From NCBI RefSeq assembly GCF_000485595.1, contig NW_014577062.1, positions 1-48,353 of the forward strand: a stretch of DNA of 48,353 nucleotides, written 5' to 3'. Below are positions 36,261 to 48,353 of this stretch, piece after piece. Position numbers and translations under genes: made by a program. The stretch is from Priapulus caudatus. Its lineage: Eukaryota. Positions within the stretch are counted from its first letter, which is position 1; each line of letters begins with the position of its first letter. The notes under the pieces are model-generated. The model did not search any database. It had not been told where the DNA came from and saw only the letters and a list, made by a program, of their open reading frames with translations.

Positions 36261-38517
36261 AGAAATTACTTCTCGATTCTGGTGCTGTAGCCATAGCCGG
36301 TATGGGCGTACAACCTGTCCCACACATAAACGGAGATGCAGTTAGTCATCCCCTTCACAATCTTCCCACTGCAACGGAATGCATGCCTGGCATGCAGGTA
36401 CCCCAACTAAACGCCAGCCACCTCAGTGATACCGACTTCACCTGTGGTCTCAGCTCAGGCAAGCAACCTGCATGCCAGAGTGACCTGCATGACAGCAACG
36501 ATATGGGTCGAATGGCCACTAAAGCGGAAATCGCCGATGTGAAAAATGTCGGCTCATCGGTCAAGACCCGCGTGGAAGCTGTGAGCGCGACAGAGCTTGA
36601 GAATCAGGCGGCGCAGGCTCTCACTGAGCTGCGATCGACACGTAAACAGACTCGACAGGCTGCGGCCAAGGCGGCCATTGCCATGAAAAAGGCTATCGGT
36701 AGCCAGCTGGATGACGAAGAGAAGGGAAGTGGTGCGCATCCCACAGCCCCATTGACACGTACAGCAACTGCCAGACGAGCGGCAGGATCCGTCCGCAGAA
36801 AGGTTGGCATGGCGACGAAGAGCAGTGGCCGAGAGTCGGGGAGAGGCATTCCACTGAAGAGGCCGCAGAATAATGCTGAAGCTGAGAACGGGTTGGTGCT
36901 GGAGCCGGCTGTGACTACGGGTGACTCAGAGGTGGCTGAGAAGAGGACTGTAGGTGAAGTCAAGTTAAACACATCGACGAGTTCCTGTGGGTCTCAACCA
37001 CCGGCGCCGCTGAAAATAAATAAGCGTGGTAGAAAGAAGGGTTTCCGAGTACCGAAAAGCGACACCCCACTTCCTTGTCCCGAGTGCGAGGAGACGTTCT
37101 TTCATAAAAAATCGCTCACCGCTCACGTGCGCAAGCACGGCTATGCGCCTGTGTGCTGCCGCGAGTGTAAAAACGAGTTCTACAATGGGGCCGACTGCAA
37201 GCGGCACGTATGCAAGAAGCAGATGGGTCCGTTCACCTGCGAAAAGTGCAGCATGACATTCACGCATTCGCAGCACTTTGACAAGCATGTGGAGGGCCAC
37301 CGCAAGAATGACTGCCAGCTGTGCGGGCAGTTGTTTACGAAGCGGAAGGAACTGTGCAAGCACATGCGCACCTTACACAAGGTGCCCGAGCCTGAGAAAC
37401 TCTACACGTGCCAGTACTGCCCGCGCCAGTTCATGAAGCGGCCATCACTGTTTGTGCATCTCAAGGAGCACTCCGGCAGCAAACCTGTGTGCCAGAAGTG
37501 TGGGCAGATGTGTGAGACGGAAGCGTCGTACGAGCAGCACATGAACTGGCATTCGGAGGAGGCGCCGTACTGCTGTCTCAAGTGTGGCGAGGCGTTCATG
37601 CGCAAGCAGCAGTACGACCAGCACCTCGCTGGCCACCGCAAGTACGACTGCACGCTGCAGCTGTGCCGCGAGAACTTCTCGACGAAGAAAGGCCTGCTGC
37701 GGCACATGCGCGGCATGCACGGCGTGCTGCGCGTGCGAGAGAAGAAGCACGAGTGCGGCATCTGCCACAAGCGCTTCCAGCGCCCGCTGCTGCTCGACAT
37801 CCACATGCGGCTGCACACGGGCGAGCGGCCAATACAGTGCACGATGTGCGACAAGAGCTTCCGCACACGCCGCGCACTGCAGAAGCACGTGCTCACGGTG
37901 AGTCACATGCGGCAGGCGGGCGAGTCGGTCGACGGCATGCTGCAGGACATGGAGCGGCCGTTCCTGTGCGCGACGTGCGGCGCCTCGTTTCACCGCAAGC
38001 AGGGCCTCCTGCGTCACATGAAGGGCCACAGCGACGACCGGCCCTTCGAGTGTCCCTACTGCGAGTACAAGTGCAAGTGCAGCACGAATCTGAAGCGGCA
38101 CATCGACCTGCACACGGACCAGCGGCGTTTCGTCTGCGAGCTGTGCGGCTCGGCTTTCCATGCACACGCCACGCTGAAGGAGCACCACGCGTATGTGCAC
38201 TCCGAGGACCGCCTCTACTCGTGCCCCAAGTGCAGCAAGGGGTTCAAGGGCAGGAGTGGCCTGCGACGGCACCTGCGCATCCACAGCGAGGAGCGACCGT
38301 ACGTGTGCCAGTGCGGACAGTCGTACAAGCGCATGTCGCATCTAAAGCGGCACATGCAGTCGCTGCACGGTACGCAGTTTCCGACGGCGCGGCCGCGCAG
38401 GGTTGACAAGGAAGAGGTAGACCCTGTGCGGGACGTGCGTGCCAACATCAGCATGGATGACATCAAGGAGTGCCTCAGCAATCCAGCGAAGAACGAACAG
38501 GCGCCTAACGTGCAGCA

Positions 38518-38549
<32 letters not shown>

Positions 38550-39250
38550 AGCAGCATTCGATGCACGTCTATGCGGCTGCTGCTGAGCCAGAGGAGTATG
38601 TAGAGAGTGCCTATGAACCGAAACTTCTGGAGATCTATCAGCTGACGGTTCAGGGTCAGAATGTGCAGCTCATCGAGAAAATTGCGATCGACAGTGAGCA
38701 GGAGCAGCAACAGCAGCAGCATATCGTGCAGCAGAACTCTCACCTCTTGGCACAGATGCAGCAACAGACAATGCAGCCTCAGCAACTTCACGAATCCAGC
38801 TTCTTGCCGAACTCCACCTGCACTCAGCCGATGTCGCCGGTGGCGCAGCACGCGCAACACATCGCCATGTCCTCGCCGGTGCCGCAACTTGTCATGTCAG
38901 GCGTGTCAACTCAGGTTATGCCTACCCCGTCCCAAACTGTGGTGTCGCACCAGCCGACACCAGCACCCACACCTCACCACCCTACACCAGCGTCAACACC
39001 ACACCAAGACCAGGTGCCTTCTCCAATGATGCAGAATATGCCCGTGTCGGCTGCGAGTGTCATCAGTGAATCTCAGGGCAGACTCGGCCAGCTACAGCCT
39101 CAGCAATCGATGCAGGACTTCTTTAATAATCCATCGCTTGTGCAATACAGTTACAACAACGGTTTCCCAATCAACTATAATCCAACATACTATGAGGCAG
39201 TGTTTCACCAAACTCAGATGGACAGCCCAATCTCGGCAGAAAACCAATAA
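36261..39250 (+). CDS. Multi-C2H2 zinc-finger protein, main exon (about 15 fingers, AT-hook-like KRGRKK, Q-rich C-terminus)
   Basis: 3-kb open frame with 14 canonical CxxC..HxxxH fingers plus one degenerate finger, and TGERP/SDDRP/SEERP linkers. Strong acceptor cctttttcag at 36260, so the ORF-track ATG at 36230 is probably intronic. TAA at 39248-39250. Confidence 0.95.
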
Positions 39251-39997
39251 TGCTATTTACAATTTGTACGTTCTATGATAATGCAGCCTAGCTAACTAAT
39301 CACCTGCAATTATTATTTTAATACCAATGTATCTTTAAAGAATGTAGGTAGATAAATAATTTATCTACAAACATTTATTGGCTCATGTGGGTTGTATCGT
39401 GCGTGTGAACTCGGCCACATCTCACTTCATAGAAACCATTTCCGTAATTATTTCTAATGACTGTCTAAAAGTAATGACTATGAAATCAATCTAAGGGATA
39501 TTTTCTAAGAATTGTATAGGGTTCTAGTTGTATATAAATGGGTATGTATTATCATGCCTATGAATCAAACGTGAACATGAGGTGTTATGCTGAGATGCTC
39601 CTTTTAGTTCATGAATAAATTGTATGGTAATAGTAGAACAAATACATGTGTCGTTTTTATACACCAAAATGAAATGGGAAAACATTAAATTATCATGTCT
39701 TAAAATGCTTTTAAACATTTCAGTTACTGTTGATGCAGTGGTTAGTTGCTAGTTAACCAAGATGTACCAATGTTCCCACAACTGCCACCACTAATCCTTT
39801 CAATATGCACGAATATTCTTTGGGTGCTTATTAATTACCAAAAGAAACGATTGTAAATGAAGTTGCTATAAAATTGTTATATTGTACTCATGATATACAA
39901 ATGAAGACAGTGTTGACTTTCTCTATGTATAGATATATACATGTATGCAAACTCGTACATATAAAAACTGAAGTAAATACAAATGCTCAAACCTCTA

Positions 39998-40027
39998 AAT
40001 AAAAGGTTTTCTTGATGTATGAATAAA
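39998..40027 (+). promoter_or_regulatory. Candidate polyadenylation signals of the zinc-finger gene
   Basis: Two AATAAA hexamers about 750 nt after the stop; AT-rich context makes this weak. Confidence 0.3.
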
Positions 40028-40818
40028 ATTCAAAACTAGAACGTTGTTATGTCTTAAAACCACAAGGTATTTAGTAAATCTGACGCTCACAGGTAAGCGG
40101 TAGGTTGGTGTATATATTCTTTTTAATATATGACACATTGTACAATAGTTCTACTGGTAGCAATGCAATCTCTAATGTTCATTTTGCCTCTACAGTTTTG
40201 CTATAATGAATTAACCGCACTGATGTTACCTATCTCACAATTTTTCACTAACGAGATCAAAAATAGATGATAAATAGTGAGCTAGTAATTTGTAAAAAAA
40301 AGTGCAAAATAAATTGATTGCCAGCTGATCTGTGGCAGGATTCATTCGTGTTATCAAAATGTGAGCAAAAATACTGCAGTTTCATAGAATGTACTTGTTG
40401 ATAAGAACTAAACATCTCTTAATTTTCATGGCCACATGCCTGGCAGATAGCAATAGAGAATGAATATAATCATGAGAATATGCGTACTTGTTGATGACAA
40501 TAACCACATGGCACAAGTTCGAAACAACCTACCTGCACATACATAGAGAAATCTTTATCTGAATATTTTTACATCTGACACATTGGGTCTAATGTGGTTG
40601 TAGATGTGTGGTGTGTACTGTACATGTGAACTAACCACAAACATCACTAGGGAACAAACATCTGTCAATCGCCTTTCAATCTTGTGGCTACATGCACCAT
40701 ACTACCACCTCCTAAAACAAACCAAAATTACAACTGCTTCACGCAATAGATAACTGAGTGAATTGCAAACTATCTGTACAAATTATATTATTAAACGGTC
40801 CTAAGCAGTATGCCTGTG

Positions 40819-40953
40819 TCAGCCATAGTGGTCATCAGAATTGGCCTGTCCTAAAACCTGCTGCTGCTGCTGCTGCATCATCGCAGCTAATTGCGCTTCC
40901 TGTTGCATCCTCATCCATTCCTGTTGGTCAACCTGTGCCTGCTCCTCTTTTGC
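40819..40953 (-). CDS. DR1: DR1 last coding exon (QA-rich repression region)
   Basis: AKEEQAQVDQQEWMRMQQEAQLAAMMQQQQQQVLGQANSDDHYG*; ttgcag acceptor. Confidence 0.92.
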   Translation of the reverse strand, partial: AKEEQAQVDQQEWMRMQQEAQLAAMMQQQQQQVLGQANSDDHYG

Positions 40954-43900
40954 CTGCAAGAATCACCCAACAACCACTATTAACACGTATTGCACTGACT
41001 ACTTGATGCTCAGGGTAACTAATCGTGGGTGGGCCAAGGGGAGCGACAAAACTACAGTCACATGGTTACTCACTTATCTTGCCAAAATATTGTTCATTTT
41101 ATAGTTTTCTTTACCTACATACATAGGATGGTCCTACACTATATTTTAGTAGCCCATTTGCAAGGATTCCACTGACCTGGGCGAATAGCTCCTGCTGTTG
41201 CCGCAGGAGTTCTGCCTCCGGTATTCCTAAATTCTCCAAACGTGTGCTGCCCCGCCTGCGTTGCTTAGCAACCTGTTTACAGTCCTTGAGCACAGCTTCA
41301 GCTTCTATCCGATAGTCTCCAAACCCCAAGCTGTCCAAAGCTGGCAACGACATGTATGATAAGTATTACAGAAACAAAAACTGCAAAATTACACTTTGCT
41401 GGCTCATTATTTCATATTCTACATTTCCTCAAAATTAGATCTGGTATATACTTTGAGAATATTATATTGTAATCATCTGCAGATTTCCTGCAGCACATGA
41501 TATAACCAATCTTTCTTGTATGAACAAAGTAGGGTCAAGGAGAGTATAACTGTGGCAAATACAAGCCCGATATATAACTGATCATAATTCAGCAAGGTGC
41601 CAATCATGATCGCCTTATCAGCTTCGGCAATCAATTTTACTAACCCTCACCCAAGGAGAATTTTACACCGTTTAACCTTATAGTGACAGCATCGGAGAAG
41701 CAAGTTGGTATAAAAACCTAATGCTGTGCAAATTTCTTGAGAAGCCAGAACAGATTACCTGCCAGCACGTGTTCTGGTGATATTGTTTTCTTCTGCAGAT
41801 TGTTGCAAATGTCATTGGCCTCTGATGACACCATACGGATAAATTCTGTACAGCACGCCAGAACGAGTTCCCTTGCATCATGGGCGACTCTCACATCTGG
41901 TAAAACTTCCTATGAGACACCATTTTCAAACCATATATGTAAATGGCTAAAAAAATTTAATCATACAATTAATAATCTTAACATTTCAAATAATATCTAA
42001 CTGAATTTATCATGTTATAATAATCATATTATAATATTATTACACTGTAGCTAACTAATTAAATTATGCAAAAATCCAGAAAAAAAGTAAAACAACCGAT
42101 GTCATTTGATTTCTACAGGTAATCCAGACTAATATGCACTTATTGTCTGAGATTGCTGTTTATTAATTTGTAANNNNNNNNNNNNNNNNNNNNNNNNNNN
42201 NNNNNNNNNNNNNNNNNNNNNNNNNNNNNNNNNNNNNNNNNNNNNNNNNNNNNNNNNNNNNNNNNNNNNNNNNNNNNNNNNNNNNNNNNNNNNNNNNNNN
42301 NNNNNNNNNNNNNNNNNNNNNNNNNNNNNNNNNNNNNNNNNNNNNNNNNNNNNNNNNNNNNNNNNNNNNNNNNNNNNNNNNNNNNNNNNNNNNNNNNNNN
42401 NNNNNNNNNNNNNNNNNNNNNNNNNNNNNNNNNNNNNNNNNNNNNNNNNNNNNNNNNNNNNNNNNNNNNNNNNNNNNNNNNNNNNNNNNNNNNNNNNNNN
42501 NNNNNNNNNNNNNNNNNNNNNNNNNNNNNNNNNNNNNNNNNNNNNNNNNNNNNNNNNNNNNNNNNNNNNNNNNNNNNNNNNNNNNNNNNNNNNNNNNNNN
42601 NNNNNNNNNNNNNNNNNNNNNNNNNNNNNNNNNNNNNNNNNNNNNNNNNNNNNNNNNNNNNNNNNNNNNNNNNNNNNNNNNNNNNNNNNNNNNNNNNNNN
42701 NNNNNNNNNNNNNNNNNNNNNNNNNNNNNNNNNNNNNNNNNNNNNNNNNNNNNNNNNNNNNNNNNNNNNNNNNNNNNNNNNNNNNNNNNNNNNNNNNNNN
42801 NNNNNNNNNNNNNNNNNNNNNNNNNNNNNNNNNNNNNNNNNNNNNNNNNNNNNNNNNNNNNNNNNNNNNNNNNNNNNNNNNNNNNNNNNNNNNNNNNNNN
42901 NNNNNNNNNNNNNNNNNNNNNNNNNNNNNNNNNNNNNNNNNNNNNNNNNNNNNNNNNNNNNNNNNNNNNNNNNNNNNNNNNNNNNNNNNNNNNNNNNNNN
43001 NNNNNNNNNNNNNNNNNNNNNNNNNNNNNNNNNNNNNNNNNNNNNNNNNNNNNNNNNNNNNNNNNNNNNNNNNNNNNNNNNNNNNNNNNNNNNNNNNNNN
43101 NNNNNNNNNACATTTCTTAGTAATTAGCAGTGATATTGGACAAACTAATACGCGTTTGGCTATAAGGTAATGTACTTATTAACTACACAAGGTGCCAGTT
43201 ACTGTAGCATTCGTCAACTTTGCATAATCGATGGTCGAATTATGCCTTTAATACCAGATTAAAATATGCCAAATTTATACTTTTTTTTTATTATGCACTC
43301 AGTTATCAGTTGAGTCTCAAAAGCAGCACAACACACACTTTTAGTGGTTCATTTTCGTTCATTTGTATTTTTTAAATTGTAATTTATCTGTGTATACATT
43401 TGCATATATATATTGTATAACATCAGGAGTCTTGATAGACTCCTGATAACATGGTATAAAGAATTAAGTTTGTTAAAATCAGGTGCTATTCATCTTTTTG
43501 ATAATGTCATCAATCGGGACTTCACTGGTACATAACTCTGCCAGATTGACCAACTAATTTGGTTAAAATGAGGTGATATCCATACGTTTGGAGAAATATT
43601 TACTTTTTAAAATCTGCTCATTATTTTACGATGAAAGTGACCCTGAACTGCATGATACCGTGCTATATTGAGGGGTTTAGTTTATTGACCTATGTATTTA
43701 GTTTAGTTTAGTTTTCATGTATTATTTTGATGTAAAGCAAATCCCAACAAGTGCCGCAGAGCGACTGGGCTCATCTGAGGTCTGTTGCTACGGTTATAAA
43801 CGTAACATTTCAGTCGTGCGTAGTGACACCTTTGTTAGGCGCAGATATGCAGATACGCAGTTGCGTACACATCATTTCAGCAAACATTTTTTTTATTGCA

Positions 43901-46900
43901 GAGAGAGAGCGAGAGAGAAAGAGAGAGGGGGGCGAGAGAGAAAAAAAGAGAGAGAGATGGAGAGAGTCAGTCAGACTAAATTGTTTATAAACAAATAACA
44001 CCCACGCGGCGCGCTACTGTATCAGTTACGTCATCGATTGAAATGTACATTCCGATTTTGCCGCGCGGCGTCCAAACTTTTGACGAAGATGGCGTGCAGA
44101 GGTAATGCAGACGCACGTATAACGTACAGATTTCTTTAATGTCGGGGAGGATCAACACATTTCAACTGACAGTCAACTATCGGGCTCTGCAGCGTCCACA
44201 AGCCAGCATGCTCCACCATATCCCAACATTGCACACTACTGTAATGTCGATGGAGAGAGCCATGCCAAGAACAGTACAAAACTGGCAAATTTTCATTGGT
44301 AGGTTTGAGTTTGACGATTCATTTCTGCAATTACTTATCTCAAGATTGATTAAACTGAAGTTAAGAAAGTAATTCTTTCTGCATTTTTGAGCGCAATATA
44401 AATTTGACCTATCCTGCCGGGACATTCTTCTCACTCTGTTCTGATAGATGGCGTGCATACTGACTATGTGCAGGGAATAGATAATCCGAACTAGTTGCTA
44501 CCTTTGTTTAGCCCATGCTGTGATACTATCAGCCACCCACCTGACACGCAGCTAGGGCCTGCATACCTCCCAAATCCCATTGGTTGATACAAATCATGTG
44601 CCTAAAACTCCTGTTTTATGGTGCGTACAGTGCGTTCGATTTGCTTCCCCAGAGCCACCTGGGTTAACCTGGGTAAGAAATCAAACGCATCTGGGTTAGG
44701 GAAGATAAACGAACGGTTTTTGCGTTAACCCGGGTTAATTATCATCATGGATGCCAGTGACAAGAAAAAAAAGAATAGCAATTGCAATCTTATTATTAAA
44801 GGGAGAGTTTACTCTAGGTTCTAGTGTAGGCGCTGGATATCTTCTGCTGCCAGGCGACTGTGCGCTTATAGATGAGTGCTATATGCGCCGTGAAATGCGT
44901 GAATAAACTTAGAAATATGATAAATAAAAGGTAGAATTGGTAATGGTTGACAACTGCCATTTCACCGTATATTTTATACTCACTAAAACACGTACAAGTC
45001 ACACAGGCTAAACTAAAGGTTGCGCACTACACATAAAATCTAGCAACAGACGAGGGTGAACACAAGAGCCCTGTGTCTCCTGTGCGGCCTGTTTTATACC
45101 CTTTCTTGCAAGATGAGCCGCGATGCTACTACCAAATATATTTCTACCAATCACTGCTGGCTACAGGGACGACATAGGGTTTGGGATTAACGGCTATGGT
45201 CAGTTTTTAGAGAGGTATGAAGTGGACGGCCAATGGCGAGTAAGGAGTGGGGATGTTTTTACGCCCCCTCGGCCACGTAGGTGACCGATGTGGGTATGAC
45301 GTAGGGCGGACGATAGGTTACGGTACTTGAGTGTTAGCAGCAGTGTAGAATTAACTTCAGTCGGGTAATGTGTGTATTTAAGATGTTACTTGACAAAGCT
45401 GACCAGTACTAATGGGCAGTGATGCGGTTAATGTGTATTTAAGATGTTACTTGACGAAAGCTGACCAGTACTAATGGGCAGTGATGCGGTTAATGTGTAT
45501 TTAAGATGTTACTTGACGAAAGCTGACCAGTACTAATGGGCAGTGATGCGGTTAATGTGTATTTAAGATGTTACTTGACGAAAGCTGACCAGTACTAATG
45601 GGCAGTGATGCGGTTAATGTGTATTTAAGATGTTACTTGACGAAAGCTGACCAGTACTAATGGGCAGTGATGCGGTTAATNNNNNNNNNNNNNNNNNNNN
45701 NNNNNNNNNNNNNNNNNNNNNNNNNNNNNNNNNNNNNNNNNNNNNNNNNNNNNNNNNNNNNNNNNNNNNNNNNNNNNNNNNNNNNNNNNNNNNNNNNNNN
45801 NNNNNNNNNNNNNNNNNNNNNNNNNNNNNNNNNNNNNNNNNNNNNNNNNNNNNNNNNNNNNNNNNNNNNNNNNNNNNNNNNNNNNNNNNNNNNNNNNNNN
45901 NNNNNNNNNNNNNNNNNNNNNNNNNNNNNNNNNNNNNNNNNNNNNNNNNNNNNNNNNNNNNNNNNNNNNNNNNNNNNNNNAAGGTAATGTACTTATTAAC
46001 TACACAAGGTGCCAGTTACTGTAGCATTCGTCAACTTTGCATAATCGATGGTCGAATTATGCCTTTAAATAGCATTTAGGTATAAATATAATTGCACTTT
46101 TGTGATTAGCCCTCAGTCTGTAACGTGCAAAATTGTCAAATACGTAACTTTTTCGGGGTGGCAGCACGGTCGCGGGTGTCATGGCGCCGTTCAAATTTCG
46201 TAGCGTTGATGTGTAATTAATTATAACAATTAAATTAGGTATCTGGTAACAAATACGTGTGGGTATAGACGATTTGTTATACACAATCCCCCCCCCACCC
46301 GACGTCCCGAATATCGTGACCGTACGTCGAGCGGTTAAGATTTGTGCCCAACTGTTGAAGCACGGACGGACCCACGCTCATGAATGCGATTCTACAAGCT
46401 GCATCTGACTTCGTCAGATGAGCTAATGATAAGAGAGACACGTGACAGACGTCACCAATTGTGTATTTAAAAGGGGAGACGAGGCTTGCAAAGCCAGAGG
46501 CATATTCATAATAACTTGGTGCAATTTCATAACAAAGTTGTAGGCCTATATCCAGAAGCTTTGACTACACAGAATCATAGAATCGTTCAAACTGTTTTGT
46601 CAGAATATTTCTTATTGTTTGTTTCTCTGTTACGAATCTATCCTTAAAATTAAGTTATAAAAAGGTAAACCGAGCCACCCGCTACCCTTGCGTGTATACC
46701 ATGCTGGTGGGAAGGTGATTACTGTCTTCCATCCATCCCGGAATCTCTACCCGTATATTGAGTCCGTGTGGCTGGATAGTGTTTAGATTGTGAATCCAGT
46801 ATGCTTAGAACTCTTTCCTTTCTGATGGGGATCATATGGGTAAAGGGGGGGGGGGAGGTGAAACTATTTTAGAATTAAGTAAGTATATGTGGCTGAATTT

Positions 46901-47172
46901 GCTCTTAAAAGTTGTTCCTAAGCGTTTTTTCCCCGAGCAACGCCAGGTACCAGGCTAGTATCTAATAAAGAGCACACCTACTATTTAATATTTGTTTAAC
47001 TATATCCCATACAACTATATAAATGATTATAGCAGAAGAGATAGTAAACCTTAATCATTTTGTTCATTGAAGCTCTTGGTATAGTAAGCTCCTCTTCAGG
47101 CTGTGTTCCCGGTGGTGCTCCTGGCGGACCGACACTGCCAGGTCCAGCCACAGACCCCGCTTGATCTGTCAT
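40819..47172 (-). CDS. DR1: DR1 / negative cofactor 2 beta (histone-fold TBP-associated repressor), 4 coding exons, 190 aa
   Basis: Exons 47050-47172, 41759-41909, 41177-41340 and 40819-40953 splice in frame (573 nt). Hallmark motifs ELTIPRASMNKMIK, VRVAHDARELV..CCTEFI, KKTISPEHV and RLENLGIPEAELLRQQQELFA. Confidence 0.96.
41177..41340 (-). CDS. DR1: DR1 coding exon 3
   Basis: LDSLGFGDYRIEAEAVLKDCKQVAKQRRRGSTRLENLGIPEAELLRQQQELFAQ; AG/GT borders. Confidence 0.95.
41759..41909 (-). CDS. DR1: DR1 coding exon 2 (histone fold)
   Basis: EVLPDVRVAHDARELVLACCTEFIRMVSSEANDICNNLQKKTISPEHVLA; AG/GT borders. Confidence 0.95.
43746..46426 (-). mobile_element. HINE/DINE-like element with nested content in DR1 intron 1
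   Basis: Same termini as the copies at 8277 and 11524; spans an N gap, so continuity is inferred. Confidence 0.5.
45372..45680. repeat. 62-bp near-perfect tandem repeat running into a gap
   Basis: Five copies of gtgtatttaagatgttacttgacgaaagctgaccagtactaatgggcagtgatgcggttaat with no spacers. Confidence 0.95.
46931..46958 (+). mobile_element. Possible Helitron 3' terminus
   Basis: cccgagcaacgccaggtaccaggCTAG|t: GC-rich imperfect hairpin followed by CTAG and T. 5' end not found. Confidence 0.3.
47050..47172 (-). CDS. DR1: DR1 first coding exon
   Basis: MTDQAGSVAGPGSVGPPGAPPGTQPEEELTIPRASMNKMIK|gtttac. An acceptor ttttacag at 47202 implies a further upstream non-coding exon. Confidence 0.93.
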
Positions 47173-48018
47173 GCTTTATGTCAACAAATGATTCTACATA
47201 ACTGTAAAATGAATGGATTACGAAAATTTATGTAATATTAAAGGTAGAACACACAGTTTAACTCTCACATTTAAAAATCACACTCACATTGATGCCTGAT
47301 GCACCATTTTATGGAATGTGATTAACCACTCAACTAGGCCTATGTAACTCGCTCAGTGGTTGTCACCTGATAAGTGGTAAACATCCACATGAGTAATGCT
47401 ATCACTACACTGTACACCATTCACATACATACAAGTGTCATAGAGTAACCTCATATTCTTCCACTAAACATTCTTCATAGTTCAAGGGACTCTAATGAAG
47501 AAGGAGAGAACTCAACATTGATGAAATGGAGCAAAAGATTGCAGCAATAAGCATTTCAATTTTACAACTGACTAGAAAGGAAAGAAAGTGAAAGTCTCCT
47601 GAAAGTAAAAGGGGAATCGAGTATGAATGGCTAAAATTGGCAGAGGAAGTTGGGTGAAGACAGGGGCAGAGGGAGGAACCATATAGTAGAGGACGGAGGA
47701 GGTCAAGGAGAAGGGGGAAAAGTGGAGGAGGGAGAAGTAGAGGACAGAGGCAGTAGATGAGGAGGGGAGAAGACAGAGGAAAGAGGAGATAGAGAAGATC
47801 AAGGATATAAGAGCTGTCCCCAATTCATTTTCACAATGTGTGACATGTGCAAATGTGGACACCTCTTATATCCTTGGTACAGCATGAGGTAGGGCAGGGG
47901 ACAGGGAGGAAGGAGGGAAACGAAAAAGCTATTGTATATTGTCACATTTGTGTATTGTATTTGTAATTGTATTGTAGACATGAAGTATTGTGGGACATGT
48001 CTTCTACTTCGGATACCA

Positions 48019-48244
48019 CTAGGGCCAGCGCGTCTCCCAAGTCCGAAATAGTAGGTTTCAGGGGAGAGATAGTGATCCGCTAGATGGCGCATTATTAATT
48101 AACAATTAATAAAATCAGTTAACCCTAACCCAAATCCTAACTCTAACCCTAATCCCAACCCTAACCCTATCACTAATTCAAAATAATAATAATAAGGCCC
48201 TCTAGGCAGAGAATTCGGTACCTTGGGAGACGCGCTGTCCCTAG
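48019..48244. mobile_element. MITE with internal (TAACCC)n
   Basis: ctagggccagcgcgtctcccaag / cttgggagacgcgctgtccctag inverted ends around degenerate TAACCC repeats. Confidence 0.7.
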
Positions 48245-48353
48245 ACGATCTGCAGCCCGGATATCCGCGCGAAGCGCGAACAGCGCCGCCTCGCGGCGCC
48301 TTTTGATCGAATTCGCTGCTCTGTATTTAGAACAATTTCACGGTTCTGTCAGA

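Noticed and set aside
36355..39029. Antisense and alternate-frame ORFs over the zinc-finger exon
   Set aside because: Shadow ORFs expected from high GC3 and CAG runs; no domain signal.
45372..45680. CRISPR-like periodicity
   Set aside because: The 62-bp units are contiguous and identical with no unique spacers; eukaryotic intron, no cas genes.
42163..46079. Poly-X ORFs
   Set aside because: Translations of N gaps.
22420..47172. Functional link between the CCAAT array and DR1 (an NF-YB-like histone fold)
   Set aside because: NC2 binds TBP-DNA rather than CCAAT, and the array is about 17 kb from the DR1 3' end with another gene in between; probably coincidence.

Overview
Eukaryotic (invertebrate animal-like) genomic DNA: GT-AG introns, AT-rich introns, TTAGGG-type repeats, four N gaps. 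Three protein-coding genes can be rebuilt by hand. (1) A multi-exon fidgetin-like 1 (FIGNL1) AAA+ ATPase on the minus strand, about 2859-16093. Its nine 3' exons splice in phase (424 aa), while several 5' exons lie in indel-noisy sequence. (2) A plus-strand C2H2 zinc-finger gene with about 15 fingers, an AT-hook-like motif and a Q-rich tail (exons 35606-35780 and 36261-39250; start unresolved). (3) A complete four-coding-exon DR1/NC2-beta gene on the minus strand (40819-47172, 190 aa), convergent with the zinc-finger gene. The rest is densely packed, often nested, non-autonomous transposons: HINE/DINE-like Helentron derivatives, Harbinger- and ISL2EU-like remnants, hAT- and Tc1-like MITEs, telomeric-repeat-bearing MITEs and a probable solo LTR. 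There are also three unusual minisatellites. The 12.8-21.5 kb region has direct and inverted indel-rich duplicates around a 25-N gap and is probably a long-read gap-filling artefact. I found no well-supported new biological system. The best leads are an inverted array of about 40 CCAAT boxes, a 1.5-kb alternating purine-pyrimidine array inside a MITE, and several repeat-borne motifs.
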